Origin: Polymyxa betae A26-41
Taxonomy: Eukaryota; Protista; Endomyxa: Phytomyxea
DNA: 64,000 nt
Assembly (NCBI GenBank): GCA_003693705.1
Contig: RBZT01000989.1
Span: forward strand, 1 to 64,000
Direction: 5' to 3'
The position numbers and the translations under genes were made by a program. Below, one piece after another: positions 48,554 to 61,745 of the stretch (the first letter of the stretch is position 1; each line of letters begins with the position of its first letter). The notes under the pieces are model-generated. The model saw nothing but the letters and a program-made list of their open reading frames with translations. It did not search any database and was not told the DNA's origin.

Positions 48554-50827
48554 ATGAGAGATGATGATGCAGTTTTGAGAAATATTCCGTACGCAGTTTC
48601 TGATGATGGATGGCGTGAGATTTGTTCGACCTCTCTTGCAATTATATCGTCGCTGGCCCTATTCCATCGATATTAGCAACGCATCCGCTAATGCAAAATC
48701 AAACACTAACAGCCGATATCCAAGAACCACTACCTAAATTGCCCGACCTCTCTATCGCTCAGCTCCTATCAATACGACACGATGAGGCTTTTTCTAACGC
48801 TAGAAGACGTAAGAAAGGTACTTGCATCGCTTTGGTGGGTCTTGCGAATTATTTATTTACGATTTATCTCAGGGCCTAAATCAGCGGTGTCAGCTTTCGC
48901 CTATTTCAACGCAGCTAAATTAGAAGGCATTGTGAACGAATGCGGCGAAGACATGGACCCCCAAAGCATTGTTGCGGTATACTGTTTAATACTTTCGTGC
49001 GAATTCTGCCCAATCATATTGCCCAGATTGTGGCTGATCGTTGGGAGAACTTATCAGATCATGAACGTGCTATATATGATGATCTTGCTGCTAAAGATCA
49101 GTTACGTTACGAAACGCAATGTCGACCTTCCACTGCCAAAGCGTTAGAATTGGCTGCAAAAAAGGCGAAGAAAAGGTCTAGACGATCTCAACGTTTAAAT
49201 GTGTTACTTAATCTGGTATCTGGTACCTAGGAAGCATCCTGGTGCACCCAAGCATCCTAAGAGTGCCTATCTATTTTTTGTGGGTGAAAATCGCGATACT
49301 ATCAAATGTTAGTACAATATTTTTTTGTCACATCAAGACACCCAATGCTTTTTGCTAGGCGAAGCCACGCCTGAAGAGCGTAATTCGTTCACAGCTATCG
49401 CCAAAATTCTCGGTGAGAAATGGAAAAATTTGCCTGAGGATCAAAAAAACATGTATCAGAAAATGGCCGATGACGACAAAGTTGGCGCCTTTATCTCAAT
49501 TTTATTTTTAAAGACTTAACTGTTAAATAGGAACGCTACAGGCAAGAGAAAATAGCCTTTATGCAACGACGTGCTACAATGGGTCCAGAAGATGAAGATG
49601 ATCAAGCTCAATCAGTTGGAAGTGATCATAACGTAAACCCACAATTTGTACTAAAACGAATCTTAAAATCTGAACATTGTACTTAGGGAGAAGAAGAAGA
49701 TCCCAATGGTGAGAATGCAACAGCCGGTAAACGGAAAAGAAAGCACCCATTAGCACCGAAACATCCTTTGAGCGCCTATCTGTTTTTTGTTGCCACACAC
49801 CGAGCTGCATTAACTGCAAAATATACTGATAAGACGTTCACTGAAGTCGCCAAAATAATCGGTGGCATTCGATGCTGTTGGTATTATATGCTGTAGTAAT
49901 AATGTCTTAGGCGACATTTGGCAGCAAATGACATCTCCTGAAAGAAAGAAGTACGAGATACTGGCATCTGCAGACAAGAAACGATATGAATTCGAAATGC
50001 GAGTCTGGTCCAAGAGTGCCCATAATCCTCAGAATGAGACTGAACATCAATCACAAACTGGATCGGCAGGGATGAATCCATCCACGGTTACTATTTTATC
50101 GGAATCGCCAATATTCTGTTTTAATCAAATCTGTTCCAGGAGAATGGAGGCACTATTCTTGGTAAACGTCAACGTGATCGTGAAGCTGCTGATACCATCA
50201 CGTCATTGGCTGTTCATGGCGGCAGTTCCACAGATAAATCCAAGAATAACAACACTAATAACAGTGAGTTTACTGCACTGTGCTGGTGTCTCTTGTTTAA
50301 CCTGGGTTTGTATAGATGCTGGTGCTCCAGTTCAGCAACCTCCGACAATGCCTCTGGCACCAGCTGCATCGGAATCGTCACCATACGATAGTCCAGCATA
50401 TCGTGCATTCGTCAAATCTGAATCTGAGTACATTCTCTCTGTCGATCCAGATATCGATCCAGCAGAATTAGATGCCGCTCTTCGTCTGACATGGATGGAA
50501 ATGTCGGCGCATGAAAAGCTGGCATTTGTTCTGGATGATGAGCAGAGCCCAGATGAGGCATCTGCTGGCTCAGAAAGTCGGTTGTCACTGCCTGAAGATG
50601 TGAAACAATGGACCTGCCAGCATGTCGCTACGTATGTTGCAGATCATCTTGGTTTCAAGCGGTACTATCAGGCATTTCTTCACAGTGGTTTGGACGGCAA
50701 TGCATTACCTACAATCACAACCAATATCCTCAAGAAAGAGCTTGATATCATCGTTCTAAGTGATAGAAAGGCTATCAAAACCGCATTCGATGCGCTATTT
50801 AACCTACATGAATGCATCCGATCCTAA
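48554..50827 (+). CDS. Protein with three HMG boxes (+ a degenerate fourth) and a C-terminal SAM domain
   Basis: PKSAVSAFAYF..ADRWENLS..RY; PKHPKSAYLFF..GEKWKNL..ERY; PKHPLSAYLFF..IWQQM..KRYE. SAM: VKQWTCQHVATYV..F..Y..AF...LDGNAL...LKKELDI....RKAI. Confidence 0.85.
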
Positions 50828-50985
50828 TGTATTAATATCCCTATCACATATCTATACATGAACTTTACATTTATTAAGTCTTCAGTTGTTTTCGGTTAAT
50901 CTGCTAATTCCTATTTATCTGTGTGATTATGAATGTGATTACGATGAGAGTAAAGTCCGTGTCAAATATCCCAACATCATCGATC

Positions 50986-53235
50986 ATGTTAGTATCATCA
51001 TCATATCAAGGGACGTCATCAGATTCAGACAATGACGAGGCGTTGCCAAAGACGGCTAAATTACCCAAAATAACAGAGAGTCTGGCTATCTCTGTATCGC
51101 ATCCTGTTCCTGCTCATATAGATAGCGGACCCGTTGGATTAGTTCCTGCATCTGGTCTCATTGAATATAATGTTCCTGTTGATGCTATGTATGCACCAAC
51201 CGTATGTGAATCATTGCTGAAGCATCGCTCATCTTTTTATTCTGTTTTAAGTATGGACCTGAACATCCAATGACCGGTTCTGCTGAACCTCGCTCACTTG
51301 TCTGCAACGCGGTTACAGGATTCGTCGAAGAGGTTCGTTAAACACTCAATCAGGTTGCATCGATGATGATTGTTTAGGCTCATATCAGCAACGTTCAATT
51401 TGATGATCAATACCATGCTACTTTGGGTCCAAAAGTACATTTCTATATGGGATGCAGTGCCACATTGTTAAATATTATTATAGCGGGGCCACAAGCGTAA
51501 AAAACGACAAAACAAAACAGGAACACGATCCCCATGGGATGCTGTTGATGATGAATTGCTGGTCCCTGATACACAAATTGAACATGAAGTATCCAATTGC
51601 TTGTTCGTACTTTCAGGTTGATTTATCATGATGTTAGGATATCGAAGAACCTGAAGAATACACTCCGCCTACTAAAGCTGAACTTGAAGCGGCTAGAGTT
51701 GAACGGGAAAAGAAGAAACATGAGGAAATGGACAAAGCCGGTACAATGTTTCATTATTTCCAAGGTCCTTGGTTGACTCTCAATAGAAACCTCCATTTTG
51801 CATGGTAATCAAGGAATATATGATTATCAAGGTCGAACATATATGTGGAGGCCATCGGGTGTCAAACCAAAGCCTGATCCGGTAACTATTTAACAATTCT
51901 GAATGATCTGGTTGAAGTCATTGATTTGTAGGTGTGCTATGTTCCCGAGAAAAAAGTCCATACTTACAGCGGTCATTCCAAAGGTGTCAATTGTATTCGG
52001 TTCCTTCCATATTCTGGTCATTTGCTGTTATCTGCGAGTATGGATAACAAGGTTGTCGCTGTTTAGATATTTACAATCGCGGCCATAACATTTCTCAGGT
52101 TAAACTGTGGGATGTTTACAATCAAAGACGTCCTTTGCGAACATTCTTGGGTCATTCCAAGCCTGTTCGTAAAGTGTGTTTCAATAATGCTGGTACGGGA
52201 GTCCATCAACCTATTTTAGTGGAAATGCTGATTTCTTCCAGGAGATCGGTTCTTGTCTTCTAGCTATGACAATTTTGTCAAACTGTGGGATACAGAAACT
52301 GGCCAGTGTATATCAAGGTTGATCCTTTTGTTTCGCTTTTTTGATTCTGGTTAACTTCTTCCAGGTTTACAACTGGGAAGACTCCGTTTTGTGCTGAATT
52401 CCATCCATGGAAGGATAAACAAAGCGAGTTTCTTGTTGGGCAATCAGATAAGAAGATTATCCAATGGGATGCTCGCCATAGTCAAACTATTCCCACCCAA
52501 ACCTACGATGAGCATCTTGGTCCTGTTAATGCCATCTTGTTTGTGGATGAAGGAAGACGGTCCCTAATTATTTTCTTTTGTCGGTCGTTGTGCTCATCGA
52601 TTCATTTCAGGTTTGTGTCCACGTCGGATGATAAGAAGATGTTGATTTGGGAGTATGGGATTCCAGTTGTTATTAAACATATTGCTGAACCTGGTATTGA
52701 TTCAATTCTATGTTATCTTTAGAAATTCTTATTCTATAACAGATATGCATTCAATGCCAGTCTTAACAATGCATCCTTCCAATAACTTCTTTGTTGCCCA
52801 GTCGTTAGACAATCAGATCTTGGTTTTCTCTGTGAAAGATCGGTACCATTGTAGCCATCTGTAAAAGCTCCTGTGATATGACTAATACTGTAGGTTCAAG
52901 CTGAACCGAAGAAAGCGATTTGCTGGACATGAAGTTGCAGGTTATTCTGCCGGAATGGCTTTCTCTCCCGATGGAAGGTAATTTGTTTATATGTTGCTGC
53001 TTGCACATTTGAAAACTGTGGTTGAATTTTATCTAGGTTTTTGGCTTCTGGCGATGCATCTGGCAGGACCTTTTTCTGGGATTTCCAGACATCTCGCGTA
53101 CTGTCAAAGATACAGACCCATACAGCCAACCAAATTGTTATGGATGTACAGTGGCATCCAGTTGAATCATCACGAGTAGCTACTGCATCCTGGGATGGGA
53201 CAATCTGCATGTGGGATGGGCCTAAAAATAAATAA
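50986..53235 (+). CDS. CDC40: Pre-mRNA splicing factor CDC40/PRP17 (WD40)
   Basis: [84 protein letters not shown]. Confidence 0.93.
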
Positions 53236-53339
53236 TCAACTTTTCACTAATACATTAGCTGTAGCACCGAAGACGTTATGGAAACCAAAGTACAACCAGT
53301 CCATTCTGTAGACTCTTATAAATCAAAATTCACAATATA

Positions 53340-54177
53340 TTATTTAGCATTCGTACTATCCTGATTTGAACTCCCGTTGGAACGGACGAACCAGGACAAT
53401 ACAGCCCTAATCTTCGCCCTCATATTGGTTATATTATCGGTGTCCTGCTGGCCATCAGAATTCCTCACAGAGCCATTCTTCATGCTATCTTTCGCTTGGA
53501 CTTTCAAGAAAGACTTTGACGGGGACCTTTTTGCAGACTCAGATGGGGATGCCGAACCAGAAACTTCAGATTTAGGCGAGTCTGATTTATTGCCACGTTT
53601 TCGCTGCGACGACACTTTAGCAGGCAGTGGCGAACCAGGGGCGGAATCGTTTCTATACGAAAAGCTTTAGCGACAAAGCCATCTTAGGTTTAATTAAGTC
53701 CATAGAAATAAGATACCTATCGGAGCTTGATGAACTACTATCAGAATTGATATCAGAAGTAGTAGCAGCCTGTTCGCTACGATTATGTTCATCACATCCG
53801 TGATCGTTCGATTTCGACGAATCAACTTCCTCTTTTTGTTGCGATTTGCATTGTTGCTTTTCGTTGGATTTTGATTTGCTAGGATAGAATCAGAATCAAT
53901 TGTAGCAATGATAATGGTTCGAAACCTTGCCGGCCGCGGATCATGTTTCGTTCGACGTTTCTTTTGAGATTTCAAGAATTCTCCAATGAGCTCACTATTA
54001 ATATGAGATTCTGTAATTCTAGTGAATATATGTGGTAGAAGGTATTTCGAGTAACATACCGGGCTCCCATGTGTTATCTTTGCTTGTATATCCCTTCCAT
54101 TTGATATAAAACTTTCGCTTTGGAGGACGTCCCCGACACCGAACTATATAATCGACCTCAAAGAAGTCTCCTTGCAT
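53340..54177 (-). CDS. N-terminal chromodomain protein with a basic/Ser-rich tail (HP1/Polycomb-like chromo, no evident chromoshadow)
   Basis: MQGDFFEVDYIVRCRGRPPKRKFYIKWKGYTSKDNTWEP|ESHI; 3 exons. Confidence 0.75.
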
Positions 54178-54707
54178 GGATGCGATGACGCCAACCCAAC
54201 AAGATAATGCAAGTGTTAAAAAGCAATTAGGCAACGGAATTTTAGCGCGATCTTTGTGTATGTGTGAGTGTGTTTGGTACAAAAGATCTGTAGATACTTT
54301 TTTCTGTATCTTAAAGGTTAGATCGATAATCAACAAAATATCTTTCTGCAATAAATCTCAGTTCCGAAATCAGTCGCACGTTTTGGCAGGCCTGAAAAGC
54401 AGTTCGCGGAAATAATTAGAAAATTCAGAGAAGAATCTGGATATTTGATGGTTGACCTGTTCCCGAGACAAAATCACCAACCTTCTTTACGGAAAAGATA
54501 TTTATTGAGCTTAGTCGATGGATAAATGGAGTTGTGATTGTGATGACATTTAGATAGGCTTATAAATAATCGAAGATTGAGAGCAGCTGCTTAGTTGTAT
54601 TCAGTTACTGAATCCACATAGAGACAGACCTGTCCGGTTGTTACTTTCAGGCTGTCTGTAGTAAATAGTAACCGCTAATCATTACCATACTCGTCCTCGT
54701 ATGAGGC

Positions 54708-56965
54708 ATGGACAATGACCATGAGCCTATCATTGTACGTCAGGCCTCATCTCATCAGAGCGATTTATTAGAGAAGCTCAATACTGACTCCTTGGATCCA
54801 TGGCGTATCATATTGCATCTCGCCACAACAAGGTCTGATTCTACTCTTTCGCATGCTAGAAATTAATTTGGTTCTGTAGCCATGGTGGTGTTCGTGATTA
54901 TCTAATTAATCAAATGTATGATCTGCAATCTGATCAATTCGATTTTTTCCTGCCTCAGCTCTGGTCAGTTTGTTTTTATTTCCTTTCATTTTATATAATC
55001 TGGTTTGCAGCTGTTTTTTGGTTTCATGGCCCGAATCAGATCGTGAATCTCTTGAACGCTTCATGTTATCCAAATGCTCTAAATCGCTTCATTGTGCCAT
55101 GAAAATGTTCTGGCTACTTCATGCGATGGCCCCATATTGCTCTACAATGGATCATCGTGAAAGATGTACAGCCTTAGCAACAGCATGCGAGACTGTTGTT
55201 ATTAATAATTGTCAACCGAAATTTCTCGCCGATTCCAAAAAGGGCTCGAAGTCTGCTCCGTTTGGCAGTGCCGAATCGTTAAGGACTGCCCGCCTCGATG
55301 CTCTACTTTCCAGGAATGCACATTTATGTGGTCGTATTGCAAACCTTACAGCAAGATTGCAATCGTCAAAACCACCACCTGATGGGCCTTTACCAAGTCC
55401 ATTCCTTAGGCGATCACATTCTCAAGATTCTTTTATGCTGGCTGATGGACATCTATCTCCTCTTCATTCGCCAAACTCAGATTCGGATGATAAGTGGAAA
55501 GGGAGATCACATGATAAAGCTCAGCTTCCTCTTTCTATGTTCCAACATAGACATAGTCTTGTTAGAGGCAACCTTCATCATTTGATTTCAATCAGTTAAT
55601 TTTTGTGTTTAGGCAACTTCATCACCTGCACATACAGCCAGCATGAGGGATTTCGACGTGTTCTTGGCTAAACAGCAAATGAGTGAATTTTTCACAGCTG
55701 AATTGCATTTGATTGCCGCCTTGGAGGATCTATCGAGCGATTTACTAAAGTTTGAAGGATCACATCGCAAGCTGCAACTTCAACGACAATTAACAGTGCT
55801 AAATGAGAAAGTTTGTCGTGGTCTTTATCTGCCTACTGGGCAGGCTAACGATCCTCACTACGTAATACTAAGGATACTGGCCCATGAGGTTACACCGTTA
55901 AGTTCAAGGGAAAAAGTCCCTTTCCTAATGCCAGTAGAGATTCTTTATACTGGCAAAAACTGCAGTGGTGAAGTTCACACTGATTACTTTGTCGACCATG
56001 AATCATGTCGGCGTCATCTACTTCGCTTGATGGAAAAATATCCTTCGAAGCCTTCGATACCACCGGTCCAAAATAATCCATCCTGTTTTGGATACCCATT
56101 TGGAGAGCTTCTTTCGGATCGAAAAACCAGAGTTCGTGCATCTTCACCATTCGGCCGTCTCCCTAACTGGGATCTGATGCTTATGATATTCAAGAGTGGT
56201 GATGACTGTCGTCAAGAACATTTAGCGATGCAAATGATCACTTATATTGATAACATCTTCAAGGCTGCCATGCTACCTCTAAGACTTAGGCCACTTGAAA
56301 TATTGGTCTGCTCTCCTACTTCAGGTCTTCTCGAATGTGTTCCCGATTCCAAGTCGATCGACGCTTTAAAGAAAAATATCCCCGGTTTTGTTTCTTTATT
56401 ATGGTTCTTTGAGAAACATTTTGGTCCTCGTGGGTCGCCAGAATTCGCCCAGGCTCAGAAGAACTTCGTTGAAAGTATGGCTGCTTATTCGTTGGTGTCG
56501 TACTTGCTTCAGATCAAAGACAGACATAATGGAAATATTCTGCTGACCAACGAGGGACATATTGTTCATATTGACTTCGGGTTTATGCTATCGAATAGCC
56601 CTGGAGGAAACATCAATTTCGAAAGAGCACCTTTCAAGCTTACTGCCGAGTTTGTTGAAGTTATGGAAGGAGAGGAAAGTGAAGCTTTCCATTACTACCG
56701 CCTACTGATGATTCGTGGATTTCTCGAACTACGTAATCATTGTGATAAGCTCTGTGCCTTAGCTGAAATCTTATTCATGGGGCCTCCACATGATTGCTTC
56801 TATGGAGGCAAGCAAGCTCTTATCGATCTTAGAGAGCGATTCCATGCTACTGATTCAGAGCAGATTGTTGTAGAGTTTGTCTACAGCTTGGTAAGCCAAA
56901 GCATAAATAACTGGAGATCAGTTCAGTATGATACCTATCAGAGGATAACTAATGGCATACTTTAA
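54708..56965 (+). CDS. PI4KB: Phosphatidylinositol 4-kinase beta (Pik1-like)
   Basis: DFFLPQL, SREKVPFL, RVRASSPFG, FKSGDDCRQE, NFVESMAAYS, IKDRHNGNILL, HIDFGF, FERAPFKLT, YDTYQRITNGIL. Confidence 0.93.
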
Positions 56966-57163
56966 ACAATGATAAATGTATAAATATCAATTCATTTCAT
57001 TGTTGAAAACCGATTTGTCAAGGAAAAAATGATCTTCAAAACGCCATAATATATTGAATTCCTCCAAGACTATCATCGCTTGATTCTTGTTATCACAGAG
57101 CCAAAACAAAGACTACGATTTGTGATAGTTGATTGTTGGTATTGATTGCGGGCGCATTATGTC

Positions 57164-58021
57164 ATGATGGAGGACGAGATCTATCATGCAGAAGTTCTCA
57201 GTCCTGCCTTGCTAGGGCGTATATTCACATATCTCACCATCTTTGAATACATCAATGTCACTAAGGTTGCCTGCTTCCATTCGGATGTACAATGGTTTTG
57301 TTCATTCCCTTGCTAGGTCTCTAAGGCGTGGGCCAAAATCGCTGCCGAAGAGACTATCCAGTGCATGACAACATTTGATGCAGCTCAGCTCTGGTACCTA
57401 TTGGGGCAAATAGATCCATCTCCAATTATCACTATGATTAATCAGTTTGTGAATGTCAACAAGTATTCCTTTGCATATTGCCATCATCTCACTGATGCAA
57501 AACTTTTACAGTTGCTCGAAGCAATTCCCAACAAGGTATGGAATTACTCATTCGGGTGCTTTATTGGTGATGTTTGATCAGACTAATGTTAAATCCATTT
57601 CGCTATTTTATTGTCACAAGCTAACAGACCAGAGCACTCGGTTTATTGCCAGATCGTTTCCAAATCTGGAAGAATTAAACGTAGGGTCGCTGTACGATAT
57701 AACTGATAAATCAATTCAAGCTATAGCTCAGTTCGGTAGAAACGTCAGGAAACTGTATTTGGTATGAATGTGATTATTATGACCTACTTAACGCTGATGA
57801 TTGGCCTTTCTTAGGATCACAATGAGAAGTTTACGAGCGACATTCTCATTGATCTCAGTACCATGATGAATCTCAAGTTTGTCGACCTTCAGTTTACGAG
57901 GATTGAGGCGAAGTTCGTCGATGAGCATCGGGAATCATTTCCCCACGTAATAATGCTTGGTCCAGAAAGATTTCAAGGGGATCTTAGCCGGATACATCGT
58001 ACCACTAGACCCGTTGTTTAA
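57164..58021 (+). CDS. F-box/LRR (AMN1/FBXL-like) protein
   Basis: F-box-like LSPALLGRIFTYL...VSKAW; cysteine-containing LRRs (FAYCHHLTD, LFYCHKLTD, LEELNVGSLYDITD). Confidence 0.75.
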
Positions 58022-58417
58022 TATAAATTATTGCTGGAGTCTGTACATTTTCGCTTTATTTGTTTTGGTAGTCGAGATCAGATCAGTTGATGGATTATAA
58101 AATTCTAACGATATTATACCTAAACATGTGATATCTTCAGTATTATTAGGGTTTGGGGGGTAACAGGTGATGGCGCGCTTTATGATTTCATCCCGAAAAG
58201 CTCAAATCTGATTGGTTCAATGTGATTGGCGCCGAAATTGTTCCCAGATTGGTTGAGTAAGACTGTTGTGAGATATCCGATCTGATCACTGCCTTCTTCT
58301 ACATTGTTGCAACTGTCAGATCCGCTTCATATTCAGTACTAACTAAGGTCGGCAGATCGCCCAGTTTCTTACCTCGAATTTCAAACTGCTCTGCTCTTCT
58401 CTAATACTATCTTTGCC

Positions 58418-58861
58418 ATGAGCCGCTCAGCTCTTTCTCGAATCGATCAAAATGCGATATCTATCAATCAAGTACCGCTATGCTTTATCCCTTTTTCAAT
58501 TATGCTGAGTTCTATTTAGCATTCTATCAAAGAAGGCAAGCTTGGAAAGCCTGCTGTGGCTCCTGCCAATAATAACCACGAAATTGCGAAATTGAAATCA
58601 GAGCTTCTCAGGCAAGAGAAGATTGCCGAAGAGCAGAAATCGCTGATTTTTGAATTACGTAAATCGCTAATTGAAGCTGTTCGCATTCATGAGCAAGACC
58701 AGGAACAGATTCGTTCGTTAACTGAGGTTCTTGAGTCCTGTATCTCTGCTTTGTTCTTATACTAATTTGATCATTTCTACCAGGCTGTCGCTCAAATTGG
58801 ACCACTTCAATCACACCTTGCCCAAATCTCTATGATGTATTCTCTTGTGCAAATGAATTAA
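58418..58861 (+). CDS. Small coiled-coil hypothetical protein, 3 exons
   Basis: MSRSALSRIDQN..|..EIAKLKSELLRQEKIAEEQKSLIFELRKSLIE..|..MN*, with canonical introns. Confidence 0.5.
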
Positions 58862-58897
58862 TTAATAATCTTGTGACTTTGATCATTCTTAATAGAA

Positions 58898-59855
58898 TCA
58901 ATGCTTTAATTTGCTGATTATGTCCGCTGAAACTGGGATCTCTCGAAACCGATGCACTTGTAAATTATCAAGACGAAATGGACCGAATGTGGTACGAATT
59001 AACCGATTAACAGCCAATCCAGCCCATTGAAGCACTTTCCTAACTTCACGATTCTTTCCTTCAGTCAGTGATACTTGCAACCATGAGTTACGATGTCTCT
59101 CTCGATCCATTTTAATCTCAATAGGACGATAGTTAACTCCATGTATTACAGAACCAGTTGATAGATATTGCAGTTTATCGTAATCGACCTATAATCAAAT
59201 TACAACTGTAGATATCGCTTTGGAACATAGTCAAACCTCGCCGAATACTCGAGCACGATAAACCCTCTTGAAATTGTTATCTGGATGACTCAAATACGTA
59301 GCTAATGCAGGTGATGATGTTAGAAGCAGCAGTCCTTCTGTTGTAACATCTAATCTGAATCATTCATCTATCAAACTGTTTCAAGTATCAAGAGCTTGAA
59401 TGTATCCTACCTGCCAACAGGAACTAATCGAGGTAAATGAAGTCGTTTAGTATCAGGGCATTTCTCAATTCTGTCAAATACTGTCTTGAGCTGAGGTTTA
59501 GGTGATACAGTGCTCACAATTTCATCATCAGATTTATGATAGATGAATAGACGGGCTCGTTTTAAAGGACGAATGTGATGATGTCCATCTAATGTGACAA
59601 TAGAACCAGGTGACACACGAGTTCCCAATGAGTTCACAACACAATCATTGATAAGCACACGACCTTCTCGAACGTAGTTTTCAGCTTCTCTAATACACTT
59701 CAGTAATGGCAAAAACCAATATGAACTGTAACCTACCGGCGACTAGCGAATCCACATTGTGCAATGTATTTAGCAATACGATCACAATCAGGACCAGCTG
59801 CAGAGAATAAACGCACAGAGTATAATGAGAAATTAACAATTGGAAACCTGATCAT
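58898..59855 (-). CDS. RsuA/RluB-family rRNA pseudouridine synthase with S4 domain, probably mitochondrial
   Basis: Presequence-like N-terminus (alternative in-frame ATG at 59891); RIAKYIAQCGFASRR|EAE; VPVGR|LD..TEGLLLLT; TEGKNREVRKV; LIRTTFGPFRL. Confidence 0.88.
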
Positions 59856-60348
59856 GATTATCTGATTAGATGGAATACTGCGAGCCAGCATGGTCGCAGA
59901 TTGATACAACACAGAGCCGCACGAACGAAAATTACTGTACCGTAACTCAGAAATTATTTACATACAGCCCGATTTGCCTCAGAATTGGCATTTATAATGC
60001 GATTTTCTGATGGTTGGGGCTCTCTATTAATCATTAAGAAAACTGCAATATTTGGATCCATTCAAGCTGTCTGCATCACACAAGTATAAAACTACTTTTA
60101 TCTCAGAACGTTGCATATGAAAAGTTGTATGGAATAGAGTATACATATGGAGTATATGATAACAGAATCAAGTATATTGTGATAATCTCAATATTTCTAT
60201 TGATTTGTTAGACCTGTATAGACGGTGTTTTCAGTGTCTGTATATGACCTCTCTCCCCCCCCCGTAATATCATACATTGATTATGAAATGATATTCTATC
60301 AGCTATATACAGACGCAATCTGATAAATAATCTATTGCTAAGCGTCCC

Positions 60349-61418
60349 ATGACCAAGTCATCAACCATTCGATGCAGTGGAGAGTTCTTTAATCAAGAAC
60401 ATTGTGATACACACGTGTCATTATCGACTCGTGTTTGTGCCTATTGTGATCGATTTCAAGTTGATCGATGTCGTATTGTCCTTTGCCGATCTGCAGATAC
60501 TCCATTTGCTGCCAGGAAACGTCTCATCAGGCTTGATAATGCGTCTATCACCTTGGATCTGAGATTCTTCGCTCTAGATGATGACAGTGATAATGATGGA
60601 TTGCTGGTATTTAAGAACAGAGACCAAGCTGAAGTTGCTATCTCTACCTGGCCTGATAATTTGACCTTATTACCTTCATTAATGGGAGATTCAGTCGATT
60701 TTATCAAATGTCATTGGTGTAGACGTAAAGTCCATCCAACAATGTTATCAACTTGTACCAAGCCATCTTGTGTTAAGAAAGCGAATTCAAAGAAGCGACC
60801 ACCTTCTGATCCAGGTGTTGCACATTCTGCTCTCAATGATGCTGAGAAACGTCGCCGACAATGGAGAATATGTCCTGAACTGATGGAAGTTCGAAGTTCT
60901 GATAGGAATGATTTCGTTCTACCTCGAGCTGTTATTCAAGCTCCTGAGCAATTATCTGCTAGTACGGTTTCGGTCAGGTTTGGAGATCACAATCTAAGAA
61001 GGTAATTCTTCCTTCTGCTTCCAATGCTGATATTCGGCTTTGTGTTTGTTACGTTTGTATTAGTGAGCTGTTCAGACCTTTATTTACTGTTAACTTTACC
61101 AGGGATTTGGATTTTATTTGTGGTCTCCAAGAGGTTGTGATATTGTCAGTGCCATGGCCAAGTGATCATAATGTTGGAAAAGATGGTATAATAACAAGTG
61201 ATGTGACAGTATCAGATGGAACTGGTGTATCTGGATTATTACAATTTACATATAATATCAAGATATCATCAGAACCTGCTCCAAGTTCCGATCTAGATGA
61301 ACAGATTCAACGATTGCATCTATTTGAAGATGATGATGCCCCATGTCACGTACTCTCACCATTATTTCCATCCGATGATCAACATCAAACACTAACTTCA
61401 TTCGATTTCTCATGTTGA
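60349..61418 (+). CDS. Hypothetical protein with CxxC clusters and a possible IPT/TIG-like domain (3' end uncertain, may extend to ~61753)
   Basis: CAYC and CHWC...CTKPSC; basic KKANSKKRP; VSVRFG...VILSVP...VTVSDG..SGLLQFTY. Confidence 0.5.
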
Positions 61419-61745
61419 GGCGACATTCATCACAATTCACTCTAATAATATCCTTTTAATATCTATAAAGAATTTGGTTCGTTTTAGACGGGATTACTGA
61501 GATGCGAGCAAGTTGTTGTCCCAGGGTTATGGTTATCATGAAAGAATGTTCTATGGACAGAGAGAACAGGGTTCTGCGTCATGTAATAAAATCTTACTAC
61601 ACTATTGACTATTGGATTGGCAATGATAAAGGTGATATCGGTCATATATTAATATATTCGGAGGTGTTCCATAATAAATCAGATGAATCCTCACCATTAA
61701 ATTATGAAATTATAGGATCGGTCAGTCTCGATTACATAATATATC

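Noticed and set aside
48490-48641. N-terminal ~50 aa of the 843-aa retroelement ORF
   Set aside because: Begins at a non-ATG codon and is largely antisense to the HMG gene's 5' end; not retroviral sequence.
58898-59855. Bacterial-like RluB as a recent horizontal transfer
   Set aside because: It has typical host introns and a mitochondrial-type presequence; organellar RsuA-family enzymes are common in protists.
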